Assembly (NCBI GenBank): GCA_030770535.1
Contig: JASVEC010000025.1
Coordinates: forward strand, 558,001 to 622,000
DNA length: 64,000 nt
Direction of reading: 5' to 3'
Source: Batkoa obscura
Taxonomy: Eukaryota
In this document: piece after piece, positions 40,790 to 54,686 of the stretch
Numbering within the stretch: position 1 is the stretch's first letter
Layout of the letters: each line of letters begins with the position of its first letter
Position numbers and translations under genes: made by a program
Notes under the pieces: model-generated
The model's input: only the letters and a program-made list of their open reading frames with translations
Database searches by the model: none
Told to the model about the DNA's origin: nothing

Positions 40790-42319
40790 CATTAATTTAT
40801 AATAAAGATATAATTTTAAAGTTGATTAAATTTTAAATTTTTTATAATTTGCTTCTAGGAACTTAAAGAATAATACATCAATATTCTGATCCCAATTTAG
40901 TCATGTTATCAACTATATTTTTTATACTATAGGTCATATCGAGTTCTATAAATCCTATTTAGGTCACTTTAATCATCTCATATTTAACCGAGATATTCCT
41001 ATTTTGGATTATTAATTTACAGTTCCAATTTCGCTATAATTAGCAAATTAACTTGTTTTTAAGGGATGAAAACAGATGTGTAATTTTTCGAATTTCAAAC
41101 CCATTTACATTTTAAGCCAAAAACAAGTTTCTAAAAAGTAAAACTTGAATTCAAAATCACATTTTACAGTCATGAACTTTTAATAAATCAAGAAATATGA
41201 AAAAGTTTTGGAATGAACCGTATTTATGGAATACTATAAAGTATCCCTTTAACATTTTTTATAGAATATTTAATAATTTAAGGTGCAATAAAATTGAAGT
41301 GCATACATTACTTTTTTCGAAATTTTAATTTCTAAATAACTGGATTTATTTTACAACTTTGGAATTTAAAAAATATGTTAAACATACTTTAAAAACAACA
41401 TAAATTATTTTTAACACGATTCACTTTTTATTTTACCAGTGTTGGTAAATTATTTTCTGGCTGTAATAAATTTACCATAAAACAGACATGTAAAAATTCC
41501 CAGCCAGAGTTTTCGATAGGAAACCCAATGGATTAATATGGTCTAGAAGAGACATACATATATAATGTGGACCCATTAATATAGATAAGTTTAAAAGCTC
41601 AGTTAAAATTAAGGATAAAATTTTTCATTTCACTCTTTTTGTTCATTTACTATGTAATGTAAATTTTTGAGAAAAAACTTAAATAAATACTGGATAGAAA
41701 AACGCTTCAATATGAGTTGTTTTAAAATCAAACAAAAAGCAAATATTTTTATAGCACTTAATGCTTAATTCGCAATTTTTGCCAAAATCTAAATTAGACA
41801 AAAATTGAACCAAGCTTTAAATTAACCCATATAGTAAAACACAATTTGATTTAATTTCAAACAATTTAATTATCGAAATGAATTTTAACAAAGTAAACAA
41901 CTAAAATTATAATAAACTTTCTTTCAGTATTATAACTTTTATTATAGATGAATTAGAAAAATAGTATAAAGCATAAATGTTAAATTATTTGTAACAATTT
42001 TTTATCAACATATTCTACATTTAACTTGTTTTAAATGTTTCAAATATCTAAAAACGAGCTTTAGTAATAATAAAGGTTTTATTACCAAAATTTAAAAATA
42101 TTGTTTATAATGATAAATAATTTAAATGCAGATGGATAGCATCAGTGTTTCAAAATGTTAATGATGTCTAATAAAGGTACATAATACTTACCGTGTGCAC
42201 CTTTATTATGGTTGACTGATTATCATAATTTGGGGTTTTATGAAATAATCTTAGAACTTTGAATCGAATTTGGTTTATATTGAGATGTCATATTTATAAT
42301 TTTTTTAGTAAAGTAAATA

Positions 42320-45300
42320 AGATGTGATAAAAAATTCAAAAAGATATAAAGAATAGTATAAAATAAATCGAAATGATATAATATATCAATCTACGAAAGT
42401 GTGTTTTTCAAAAAGAAAATTAAAAAATATAAAGGGGAATCACTTCCTCCAGTTCCAATTTTAAAATTATAGGTTTGCTATATTTAAAAATTGGATTATT
42501 TTGGTATTTACTTTTATATTTTCAATCATTAATGGTCCTTCTCAGCTACTGATTTTTTTATTATATTCTGGGGTTATAGGCGCATTTACAAATTATGCTA
42601 TGAATTCTTTAAATAACCTAACGCTAGCTATTCAAACTTTTAAATCTACAATTACACCTTATGCCTTCAATTTTTTGGAGTTGTTATTGTGGCTTTAGTT
42701 GCTGCCTATGGAAAAATGAGTTTATGGGTAGTAGTAGGCGAAAAGCGAGCATTAAGTATATGATGGAATTATTATAAAGCAGTTTTATCACAAGAAATCG
42801 GTTGGTTTGATATAATTTCTTCAGGCGATATATCTTCTCGTATATCCAGAGATATCCCTTTAGTGCAAGATGGTATACCAGAAAAATTAGATTTTATGGT
42901 ACGAAGTTTTTCCAGTTTTTTCCGGGTTATATCGTGGCTTTCACTCAGGGCAGGAGACTTAGTTTGGTTTTGAGGGTTATAATCCTTTTAGTTACTTTAG
43001 TTGCCCTTCTTTTATCAAGAGAGTTGCTGGATTGTTTGCTAATGATCAAAATGCTTATAGAAAAGCTAGATCAGTGGCTCAAGAAGTGCTATCCTCTATT
43101 TAGACTGTTTATTCTTTTGAATCTCAAAGAAGAGAGATCTCGAGGTATAAAAAAGAACTTTTTCAAGCGCGTAAATATGGCCATAAAAGGTCAATTATTT
43201 TTGGTGTTAGTATTTGTGGAATTGAATTTACTTTACTGTTGACTTATTCATTAAAGATGTGGTATGGCAGCAAGCTTGTTACATAGGAAGGCTACAAGCC
43301 GGAAAATGTGATTTCAGTATTCTTTTCAGTTATTTTAGGAGCTCTATCGGTTAAGCATAATTCACCTTTTTTAGCTGCTTTAGCCGCTGCAAAAGGAGCA
43401 GCAGTTAAACTATTTTAGGTTATTGAAGGAGAATCTAAAATAAATGCATTTGTATACACCGGATTAATGAAACAGAATGAAAAAAAGGTAGGTAAACCTG
43501 AAGGTGAAATTCATTTTAGAAGTATAGTTTTTTCTTATCCAGCGCGTTCTAGTATTATTACATTAAATGATTCAAATTTAAAAGTTGATACTGATACTAC
43601 TATAGCTTTAGTTGAACCTTCAGGGTCTGGTAAAAGTACTGTAATAGGATCAATTGAAAGGTTTTGTGATGTAAACTCGGGCTCGATCACTATTGACGGT
43701 ATGTATATAAAAGAAGTTAGTATTAAGTTTTTAAGAGGCCATATTAGTATTGTTGTACAAGAGCCTATTTTATTTTCTACTTTAATCAAACAAAATATTT
43801 TATTTGGTTTGCCTGATCACGAATATAGCGAAAAACAAAAAGATGATGAAAAAGTTTAAAAAAAGATCCAAATTTGTAGATTAACTAATATTCATGATTT
43901 TATTATGACTTTGCCTGAAGGTTATGAAACTCAAGTAAGTGAAAAAAGTTCGCTATCATCAGGTGGTCAAAAACAACGCATTACTATTACAAGGGCTTTG
44001 ATTAAGGATCTAGCAATATATTATTGGATGAGGCTACATCTGACCTTGATTCAGAACCTGAAAAGATTGCTCAAGTTGCTTTAAGTAATGCCGCTAAAAA
44101 TCGTATTACAATTAGGGATGTAGATAAAATATTAGTATTTAATAGTGATAAAATTAAAGAAGAAGCTAATCATGAAAAATTATTGGAAGAAGGAGGCATA
44201 TGCGCTGGATCAGTCGAATCATAGGAAACAAGCACTATCAATAATCAAATGAAGATCAAAGCTATTTGATCAGCAAAGAAATGAAAATACAATAAAGAAA
44301 AACACGATATGGGGATGTTTTTTTTGGCTTCATTACTTTTTCCATCTTTTAAACGCTATTTGAGTGGAAAAATCGTTAGTAAAATCCTTAAACACAAAAA
44401 TACATCCCCATATTAAATTTTGATAAGAAAAAAAGTGAAGTAATTAAAACGAAGTCAAATGAGCCTATTTTAGATGGAACAGAAATTAAAAGACAGTTCC
44501 CATCTTTGATAAGAGTGCTAACGATAGCCTTCTAATGGAAATTGACAACCTTTCTTGGAATGATCAGCACTTTATGTACTGGGGCTATAGCACCATTATA
44601 TTCTTTAATATTAGATCAAATATCTATGGCATTTATTAAAATAGCCACAGTTAAGTTTCATAAAAAAGGAATAGCGGATCCTAAATTTTATTGCTTAATG
44701 TCTATTGCATTGGGGATCTTTACTTTTATCACTGTGTGACTTAAAGTAGGAGCTTTAGAACATGTTGGAGAATCTATAACATATGAAGTCCAATTAAAAC
44801 ATTCGAAAATTTACTAAATCAAGAAATTACATTTTATAACGAGCCTCAACACGAGGTTGGGATATTACGTGCTAAATTATCTCTTGAAGCTCAAAATGTT
44901 CGACAGTTAATATCCAAAGTTCCAGGTCCAATTTTAATGGCTATTTCTTCATTTAGTGTGGGGCTAGGGATTACCTTTTATTATAGTTAGAAACCTACTT
45001 TAGCCATTTTATTATGTATACCGTTAGCTGCGTCTATATTATTGTATAAAATTAGAGTATTAGTAAATTTGAACAATAATATTAAGCAAAGCTATGAATA
45101 AGATTCACAAATTTCAACCAAATCTATTAGAAACATCTGCCTTGTTGTAGGACTTACCAAAGAAAAAAATATTCTTAGAGGGTTATAATAAATTGGCTGC
45201 TAAAGCTCGTCATTCTACTTTAGTTGATATTTTTAAAGCATCACTTGGTTACAGCTTTGCTATGGGAACGCCCTTTATCATCTGTTCTTTAGTTTTTTGG

Positions 45301-46261
45301 TATGGAAGTGATTTAGTAGCAAACAAAGAGTATGGCTATACTCAAATGTTTTAAGTAGTAATTTAAATTGTTTTTACCGGAGCTTCTTTAGGGAGTTCAT
45401 CGCTTCAAATCGCCGCTTATGTTCAATCTAAAATAGCAGCTCAAGATGTTTTTAATTTATTAGATCGTAAGCCAATTATTGATTGTAGTGAGGGCTATGG
45501 CACCCATCCAGCTAAATTATTTGAGAATGTAAAATTGAAAAGTGCTAGGTTTCCATATCCTACATGCACAGATATACTTGTTCTCCATGGCTTTGGCATT
45601 TCTATATTAGCTAGAAAGTGAGTAACTTTATGTGGGTCTTCAGGCTCAGCGAAGTCTACAGTTATTAGTTTGATTCAGTGATTCTATGGTTTAACTTCAG
45701 GCACATTAAGTGTTGAAAAAGCAAGTACCAAAGAATGGAACTTGCCTTATTTAAGATCTGGAATAGCATCAGTATGATAAGGGTCTGTACTTTTTGATCT
45801 AAGTATTAGAGAAAATATATCTTATGGTAAATCAGATGCAAGTGAGGAGAAAGTTATCAATGCTGTTAAGGTGGCCAATACACATACTTTTATTTTGGAA
45901 CAATCTGAAGGTTATGATACAAGGGTGAAAGAAAGCGGTGTTAGATTATCTAGTGGATAAAAATAAAGAATTGCTATTGCTAGGGCTATATTTTTGAATC
46001 GTAAGTTATTATTGTTGGATGAAGCTACATCAGCGCTTGAGTCAGATTGCGAAAAAGTTGTTCAAGCAGTTTTATATAACGTTTCAAAAGATAAGACTAG
46101 AGTTATAATTGTTCATCGTTTATTGCTATCCAAGGCTGCGATTGTGTTGTTGCCGTGAGACATGGTAAACTGATGGAAATCGGTACTCATGAGAACTTTT
46201 TAAATATCAGAAGTTATTATCATTTCTTAGTTAATTAGTAACATCTTGGTAAAAATGAATA
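42320..46261 (+). pseudogene. Decayed full-size ABCB/MDR (P-glycoprotein-like) transporter
   Basis: TMD-NBD-TMD-NBD remnants: QEIGWFD, SGSGKST, SGGQKQR and LLDEATS (twice). Many stops and frameshifts; MITE in the linker. Confidence 0.9.
44311..44409 (+). mobile_element. Sola2-family MITE inside the ABCB pseudogene
   Basis: Consensus match; TSD ATAT/ATAT. Confidence 0.9.
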
Positions 46262-46360
46262 AATATTTGTTCTTTATGTATAATAAGAATAATTTAATTT
46301 GAAAATATGCGATTCTTTCAAAATGGGCCAATTTTCGAAGTAATATAAAAACCAACATAT

Positions 46361-46457
46361 GGGGATGTATTTTTTTGTTTAAGAATTTTACTAACAATCT
46401 TTCCACTCAAATAGCGCTTAAAAAATAAAAAAGTAATGAAATCAAAAAAAAATCCTC
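46361..46457 (-). mobile_element. Sola2-family MITE abutting the composite element
   Basis: Shares its ATAT with the adjacent element. Confidence 0.85.
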
Positions 46458-46461
46458 ATAT

Positions 46462-49324
46462 GGGGATATCCGAATTGGTTTCATTTTTTTATCCAATTTT
46501 TAAATATCTTATAGCTTAAAAACTTTGGTTAAAATTCTATAAAAATAAACCCTTTATTAAAAACCAAAAGTACCTGATACAGCTTTAAATTATTTTATTA
46601 TAATTTATATTGTAAGTTAGCGGAATTTCTATCAAATTTAATATAAATTCCCAGATTAGCAAGGCTTTTACCAATATAGCCTATATAGTGATAGTAATTA
46701 AAGTTGTAATATGTAATATGTAAATAAATATATATTTTTATAAAACTTTATTAAGAAATATTTATTATTAACTGCTTTATAGCTAACATTGCAGATTTAC
46801 TATCAAATAAATAAATTATTTTAATGTTATAATTACATTATCAATATGTTGCTAAGTTAATAAATAGCTGCATAGGAGGGAGTGGTTATCCCTAAAGCTA
46901 TAATCAACCATCTCTATGTAATACAAGCAATATAATGATAGTTTTTATTTATTATTACAACTACTTACTCTTTGACTATTTATTAACTTAACTATGTGAA
47001 ATATTGGTTTATTAGCTCTCAAATTGATTATAACACAACAATCACTTAAGTTGCTGTGTTCTCAAGTTCAAATACAATCAATTCAGAGTCCCTTATTTTG
47101 ATTTGCTGCGAGAACTTCTAACTTCATATTGCAAAGAATATTATCCTCTCGTTTTGATATCCATACTTATTGGAGTATGAAAGAGATTCTTCAATATGAT
47201 AACTCGAGGCTTTTTAATTGGATTATTCCCTGATAACGTATCATTAATAAAGCCACTAAGTCTTTCTGACAACATCTTATATAGATTTTACAGTAGTATT
47301 GTCTATTCTATTTGTTTTATATAATTCGTAGCTTGTTACATACCGTTCTTACTAATTTAAATCTATCTTAGTTACATAAACTAAGGCCGTTCGACTCAAG
47401 GCAAGTTAATTAAGCAAGAGTAGCTTTTAACTCCGACCAATGAGTATCAACTTTCACATATTTAAGGATATCTAAATTAGTTTCAGAGTTTACTTAGAAA
47501 TCAATCTAAATTTTAAATTTAGTATTTAACATGTAATTAATTGATTTTAAAAAGCTTAAAATTTAATTTTTTTATTTAATTTAAAAGACTTATTTCAATT
47601 ATTTTATTTTTTTCAATAATTAAAAAAATCAATAATATGTTTTATATTGTTTTTATTTAATGTTTAATAGATATATAACATATAAATATATAGCTATTTA
47701 ATTTTGTTTTTTATCAAAAACAAATGCAAGCTTTTGTAACTAAACTTCGAAATAAAATTCTTAAAAATTTTAATATAATAGAAAAAGGCATATAATATAA
47801 ACGTTGTAATTCGTTTACACTAATTCTAATAACTATTCATAATAACCAAAAGTTTATGAAATTTTATAATAATAATAATAACAAATTATTAAAATTTGCT
47901 ATTAATAATAATAAATTTAATCAAATAATATATAAGATTAATGGTTTAAAAAAAACAGGAAATAAAAACTAATAAGTGTTATTATTATTAACTATAGCTT
48001 CAGTATATTTTTTCGATGAATATAAAAGTTTTAAATTTAATATAAGTAGAAATCAGTATGATTATTCAAAAACAATTACTAATAATAAAATACTAATATT
48101 ATAATTTATTAAAAATACAAAAAAAATTAAAGATGAGCAAATTGAGATTATTATACAATATTTACTTGATAATTCAACTATTTCATCAAGATTTAATAAA
48201 AAAAATAATGATAATAAATATTCGTCAGATAATATATATATTAAATAAGAGTAAAGAAATAATATATGATAGATATTTTAATGATTTGAAAGATAAAGCA
48301 GTAGCTAGGTCAACATTTTTTAAATATTGTGAAAGTTAATATTCAGTGGTAGGAGTTAAAAGCAGTTCTTGGTTGATTAACTTGCCTTGAGTCGAACGGC
48401 CTTAGTTTATATAACTAAGATAGATTTAAATTAGTAAGAACGGTATGTAACAAGCTACGAATTATATAAAACAAATAGAATAGACAATACTACTGTAAAA
48501 TCTATATAAGATGTTGTCAGAAAGACTTAGTGGCTTTATTAATGATACGTTATCAGGGAATAATCCAATTAAAAAGCCTCGAGTTATCATATTGAAGAAT
48601 CTCTTTCATACTCCAATAAGTATGGATATCAAAACGAGAGGATAATATTCTTTGCAATATGAAGTTAGAAGTTCTCGCAGCAAATCAAAATAAGGGACTC
48701 TGAATTGATTGTATTTGAACTTGAGAACACAGCAACTTAAGTGATTGTTGTGTTATAATCAATTTGAGAGCTAATAAACCAATATTTCACATAGTTAAGT
48801 TAATAAATAGTCAAAGAGTAAGTAGTTGTAATAATAAATAAAAACTATCATTATATTGCTTGTATTACATAGAGATGGTTGATTATAGCTTTAGGGATAA
48901 CCACTCCCTCCTATGCAGCTATTTATTAACTTAGCAACATATTGATAATGTAATTATAACATTAAAATAATTTATTTATTTGATAGTAAATCTGCAATGT
49001 TAGCTATAAAGCAGTTAATAATAAATATTTCTTAATAAAGTTTTATAAAAATATATATTTATTTACATATTACATATTACAACTTTAATTACTATCACTA
49101 TATAGGCTATATTGGTAAAAGCCTTGCTAATCTGGGAATTTATATTAAATTTGATAGAAATTCCGCTAACTTACAATATAAATTATAATAAAATAATTTA
49201 AAGCTGTATCAGGTACTTTTGGTTTTTAATAAAGGGTTTATTTTTATAGAATTTTAACCAAAGTTTTTAAGCTATAAGATATTTAAAAATTGGATAAAAA
49301 AATGAAACCAATTCGGACACCCCC
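46462..49324. mobile_element. Composite Sola/LTR element with 997-bp inverted arms
   Basis: 46462-47458 is the reverse complement of 48328-49324 (Sola right end plus 464-bp LTR). The spacer holds a decayed Sola left end and 5' transposase. ATAT on both flanks. Confidence 0.9.
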
Positions 49325-49328
49325 ATAT

Positions 49329-49425
49329 ATAGATATATTTTTTGTTTAAGAATTTTACTAATAGCTTTTCCACTTAAATAGCGTTTAAAAAATGGAAAAA
49401 GTGATGAAATCAAAAAAAACACCTC
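49329..49425 (-). mobile_element. Sola2-family MITE abutting the composite element
   Basis: Consensus match with one degenerate end; ATAT flanks. Confidence 0.75.
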
Positions 49426-50593
49426 ATATATTTTATTTAAATACTAATGATAATTGGTTTATACTAGGTGATTTGTAAAAACACAGACTTTGATAAAACT
49501 GACGTTGAAGACACCTGTATAAAGACCCTGAGCTCACTCCACCTTCCATCCTTGCTTTGATTGTCAAACGGTTATTAGTAGCCTCTTTATGATATGCAAG
49601 TACTTATTGATTATTACCTTTTTAATGAAAACAAATTATTGGTTGGTATGCTAATGTTTTAAATTCTTTATTCTTAAGTATCAAATTGGAGTCGATTGGC
49701 TTTATCAAAAAGCTTATATTCCGCCCCATTTCAACCAATCCTTCTTAGTATAATCTCTTTCTTTTTAATTTTTAGAGAATACTTTATTTTTGACCGTTGT
49801 ATTGCTACTACATTTGGTTCATACCCATGGGAATAGGCCAGGATGCAAGTGGTGGCTATGGTTCAAGAATAAATCAACAATATGATACAATTTTATAGAA
49901 AAACAAGCGTTGCTGTAAATTCAATCCTTTATATGAAATTAATGAAAACCTAATGGAATTTAGTAAATAACATAGCAAATTAACATAAAATAGTATACTT
50001 GATCAATGTAAAAATCTAGTTGTTACATCTACAATGTAAGTAATTTTTCTTGCTATTAATTTAAGCTAAATGTGTCTTCTAGAAACATTTAAATAAGTAA
50101 TCAATTTAATATTTTTAAAGAATTTGATGTACATCAAAATAATATATCATGCTTAGTCACGTTTTTTTTACTTTTCGAATATTATATTGCCACATTTATT
50201 TTTTATTTTTTTCCAATATATTTATGTGATATGTAACATTTTTCATTCAAATTCATTGCCTTGAGTTTCAAAATTTTGTAATTAGCTTTCGCTAAAATAC
50301 AGCAAATATACTATACTTGTTTTTCTAGTGGTGTATCAAAAAATTATAAAGATGCAATTTAAGAATATATTTCCTGATGAGGCAACTTTCAAATAATACT
50401 TAAAAAAGCAAGCTAAGTACCATTTTAGAATGAATTCATAAAGCTGACGAGAAAATGTTGATGGAACTAGTTACATTTGGATGCCTGTTGTTATTTTTAA
50501 TTTGTTTTTAATTTTTTGTACAAATATAAGAGCTATAAACAAACTAAAAGTTTAAGTTTGTGTAAAAGAGACTAACAAATTAAAACAACGAAT

Positions 50594-50832
50594 GGGGATG
50601 TATTTTTGTGTTTGAATTTTACTAACAATTTTTTCACTCGAATAGCGCTTAAAACATGTAAAGTGATGAAGCCAAAAAAAAAACACCCCCGAATAATATC
50701 TAAATACAATTAGTTCTACAATGATTTTCACTTTATGGGGACGTTTTTTTGGCTTCATCACTTTTTACATGTTTTAAGCGCTATTCGAGTGAAAAAATTG
50801 TTAGTAAAATTCAAACACAAAAATACATCCCC
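50594..50832. mobile_element. Inverted pair of Sola2-family MITEs (50594-50690, 50737-50832)
   Basis: TSDs GAAT/GAAT and TTAT/TTAT. The outer ~65 bp of the two copies are identical. Confidence 0.85.
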
Positions 50833-50974
50833 TTATACTCTAATCTAAATAGTGCAAAAGATAAAGTTCTTTATTTATTAAAGAGAAAAACAGAATGCTT
50901 TTTACTTCAAAGTAAAAACTATTTTTATCAAACTAATTTTTAGCATATAAAATCAAGAAATCTAAAAGTGATAT

Positions 50975-51073
50975 GAGGATGTTTTTCTTGGCTTCATTAC
51001 TTTTTCCATTTTTTAAGCGCTATTTGAGTGGAAAGATTGTTAGTAAAATTCTTAAACAAAAAAATACTTCCCC
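50975..51073 (+). mobile_element. Sola2-family MITE
   Basis: Consensus match; TSD ATAT/ATAT. Confidence 0.85.
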
Positions 51074-52351
51074 ATATACAATTTCTTTAAACATATGTAA
51101 AGTATTTTTTATTTTACAATTTTGATTTATGTAATAGAATTAAAAATATAAGCTATAGTGGAATGAAAAACCATTGCTATAGAATAATTAGGAAATCAAT
51201 CCAAATTTTACAAGAGAACGTATTTTTTGGAAAGTTTAATCAAAGATGTTTTTTAATCTTTAAATATATATATAGACGCTGCTTATTTAGTATCATACTA
51301 TGTATGAATTTAATTTACCACGCCTTAAACCTGGCTTAAAACATTTGCCAACTTCATAAATTTATATACAAGTTTTATGTTTATAGTACAGCTCAATCAC
51401 TTTCTGAATAATGTTATAAACTAGAATCTTTGAAAATTTAAGGTTTATGAATTTAAATTAAAACTCATATAAAAGCATTTAAGCATAAGGATTTATAAGT
51501 ATGAAGTCACCAAATTTTTTTTACTATATTAAAATCATGTTTAGCATCATGTGCAAATAAATTTTTCTTCTTAATCTTATGCAGCATTATAACTGTACTT
51601 AAAATAAATAAGACCGGTTTATTAAAAGCTGCTTAACAAACCAGTCTCATTTATTTTTGGTAGAGTTATATATTTAAAATTTTGTATCATGATGTTATTG
51701 AGAGAGTCACATTTTAGGTCATAACTTTACAAATATTGCGGTATATCCAAAAACATTACTAATATATAGGTATTAGACGTATATTTGATAAATAGAGAAG
51801 CAGGTAATAAAAACAAAACTTGAGAATTCAAAAACAACTTTCATAATGCTCCAATTTCGTAAACAAGTTTATCTAATATTGTTTATATCATTCAGAATTT
51901 AACTATTTAAGTATAGATTCGAAAAACTACTTTCATATAATACTCTATTATTGGTTTAAAGGCTATTTTGATACAAATTCTAGTGAACACAGACATATGT
52001 TAACATTTATATTTTACCAGTAGTTTGAAGTAAAATAAAATGATAACAAGCTTTTACTAAATATATACAATGAAATAAATCAGAAGTCTATAATTTTATG
52101 AACCTATGAAATAAGAACCTGGGTATAAGGGATACGATTTCTGCTAAAACATATCATAATAAAGCAAACTACATATTTCATTCAAAACTGTTAAACCATT
52201 TAATATAGAACATTGATATTTTATATACCTGTTTGAAGCAGGAATAGAAGAAAAAAGTGGCTTAATAAAAAAAGTATAAATATATCAAAGTAGTGCAACT
52301 AAATTCTTAAAATTCAATTTAGTATAATAAACCTTAAATTAATTGGACGGC

Positions 52352-53588
52352 ATGAGTACAGCTGAGTATATACATAGTGTAACAAGAAAAGAGATTTATC
52401 CAGTGTTAACAAAGATTTCACTTGTTGCAGCATCGCTACTCGTATTGACAATGATACTAATATGTAAATACAGTATAATTTTTATTAAAATATATTAAAA
52501 ATAAATAGCAATATACGATCGTAAGCTGGTTGATAGAGTAACTCTTAGACTACAGACTGCTATCTCATGTTATGACATTTGGCTTCATTCTATCCCATTA
52601 TGGCTTGGCCGATTTAATTATGAAGGATCACCCTTTTGTACATTTGTTGGTTATCATGGTGTAGCCCTTCCGCTATACTATTGTTTCCTAAATGTTTGTA
52701 TTGGAATCAACTTGCAGTTAATTTTTATACATGGAATTAATGTAACATGGAAAATTGAAGCGTGTTATTGGGTTGGGTCTATTTTACTTACTTTATTGAT
52801 TACTATTCCACCACTTGGTACAACCATATCCTAATATACCTATATTTTTATTAATTCATTCTATTTAGCAATGGGATTGTTTGGATATAGTAAGGCTAAT
52901 AAGTGTTTTATTGCCACTAATGATGAACAATATGCTAGAATGTTTAACTTTTATGCAAACAACCTGGTCATGATTATTTGTATGATTTATTTACTGACAA
53001 TCGTGATTTTAGTTGTTTTTAAACTACGTAAACAAACAGGAATAGTGAAAAATTTCAGATTATTCCGTGGATCAAGATCTTCCATAGAAGCAACAAAAAG
53101 TGTAAAACTTATGGGCTTTAGAATGTATCTTATTTTCTTAAACAACATATTTACTAATTCATGATTCAGCTTGCTTTATCCATCGATTATGATCTTTACA
53201 CACCTTGGGTTGGTACTTACCAAATCGATATATGATTTTACCGGTAAGATTTCTCCAGGGGCAGATACATTTGCGTATATTTCTGGGGGGATGTTAGGTA
53301 TTCTTAACTTTACTGCTTTCTGTTGCGATCCTACTATCCACTCTGCATTCAGGAAAATATATTTAAGATTCAGTACTAGGAACAAATTCCGAGACCCTAC
53401 AGATAGTAATCATATTTTTATGTTTATATAAATACAGTCTAAACTGGTTTATTCTAGCCAGTAGGAAATCTAAGTTTTTTTCTGTTAATATTGATTTGGA
53501 TAGCTTTGCTAGCTCTGATTCCTCAGCAGCTCTTACACCTGAGGAAGCTTTTGATAAAAAGCTTGAAGCATTTCTTCGAACTCTATAA
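52352..53588 (+). CDS. 7TM receptor paralogue G2 (5 exons)
   Basis: MSTAEYIHSV..., DRVTLRLQTAIS, CTFVG and LNFTAFCCDP; GT-AG introns. Confidence 0.8.
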
Positions 53589-53975
53589 CTTGGATCTGGT
53601 ATATTTAAATAATAAACGGTATGTTTAAGATAAAGTTTGTTCGAATATTTTAAAAATATTTTTTTTTATAATAACGTAAAAAAAACAAATTAAAATAGAT
53701 AACCTAGAGTTCAATATCTTATAGTTTTTTTATTTTATTTTGTAGCTGTTGTTTATTTAAAAGCAAAAATTTGGCAAAAATTTAGATTTAATAGTTTTTT
53801 ACCATATTTCAATAAAACATAGTTTATAAATTAACTGAAACTAGTTTTTTCTTGTTAACATGATAATTTCAACTGAAGAATTGCCTTTATACCATTAAAT
53901 TAAAATTTGAAAATTCTCAAACATTTTAGCTTTTTTTAATTTTAATATTATACAACTAATATTTTTTATTCTAGT

Positions 53976-54179
53976 GTTTTTGATAAATAATAATTTGATA
54001 TTATCAATGCAAAAACAAGATACCAGCAATAATAGTAATCAAAATAGTAGCATACCAAATTATATTTATTTATAAATAATTTTTTATTTTAGCACTATAA
54101 ACTTAAATGCAAATCAACTGCTTAAATGGCTAACTTTAAAAATCATCACTATTTATTTTGGAATTGAGCTGGACCAGCT
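53976..54179. repeat. 204-bp inverted repeat, left arm
   Basis: Reverse complement of 57117-57320 with very few mismatches. Confidence 0.9.
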
Positions 54180-54686
54180 ATAAAAAAGCATTTGTTGCGT
54201 ATAAATCACTTAATTGTTGTAACAAGTGGATTAGCAAAATAAAGTACTGGAGTAAAAAACTTGGATGAAAATTTTAATAAGCATTTAACGAAGTAGTCTA
54301 TTATGTTTTTATAAATAAAGTGGCTAAATAGAATCAAATGTTATAATCATATGGTAAATCATAACATTATATTAAATATAATGTTACAATATTTAAAGTG
54401 TTGTAATTTTGATTTTTTTAGAATCAGAATATTTTAAATAGAATACAGTTTGAAATATAAGAGCTAAGTTTAAATATATAAATATTCTGTCAGGAAATTG
54501 CACAATTTCAATTCGAAAATCAAGGCCAATAATAATAGTAGTTGTTTTGTATTTAAGCGTTTTCATTGGGTAAACTATTTTCTGGCGGCACACCATTAGA
54601 CACACCCTTAACAAAGACAATATTAAAATAAATTGTAACTCAACTTAATATACAAAATAGAGCTAAAGAATCTATTGTGAGTTTTG

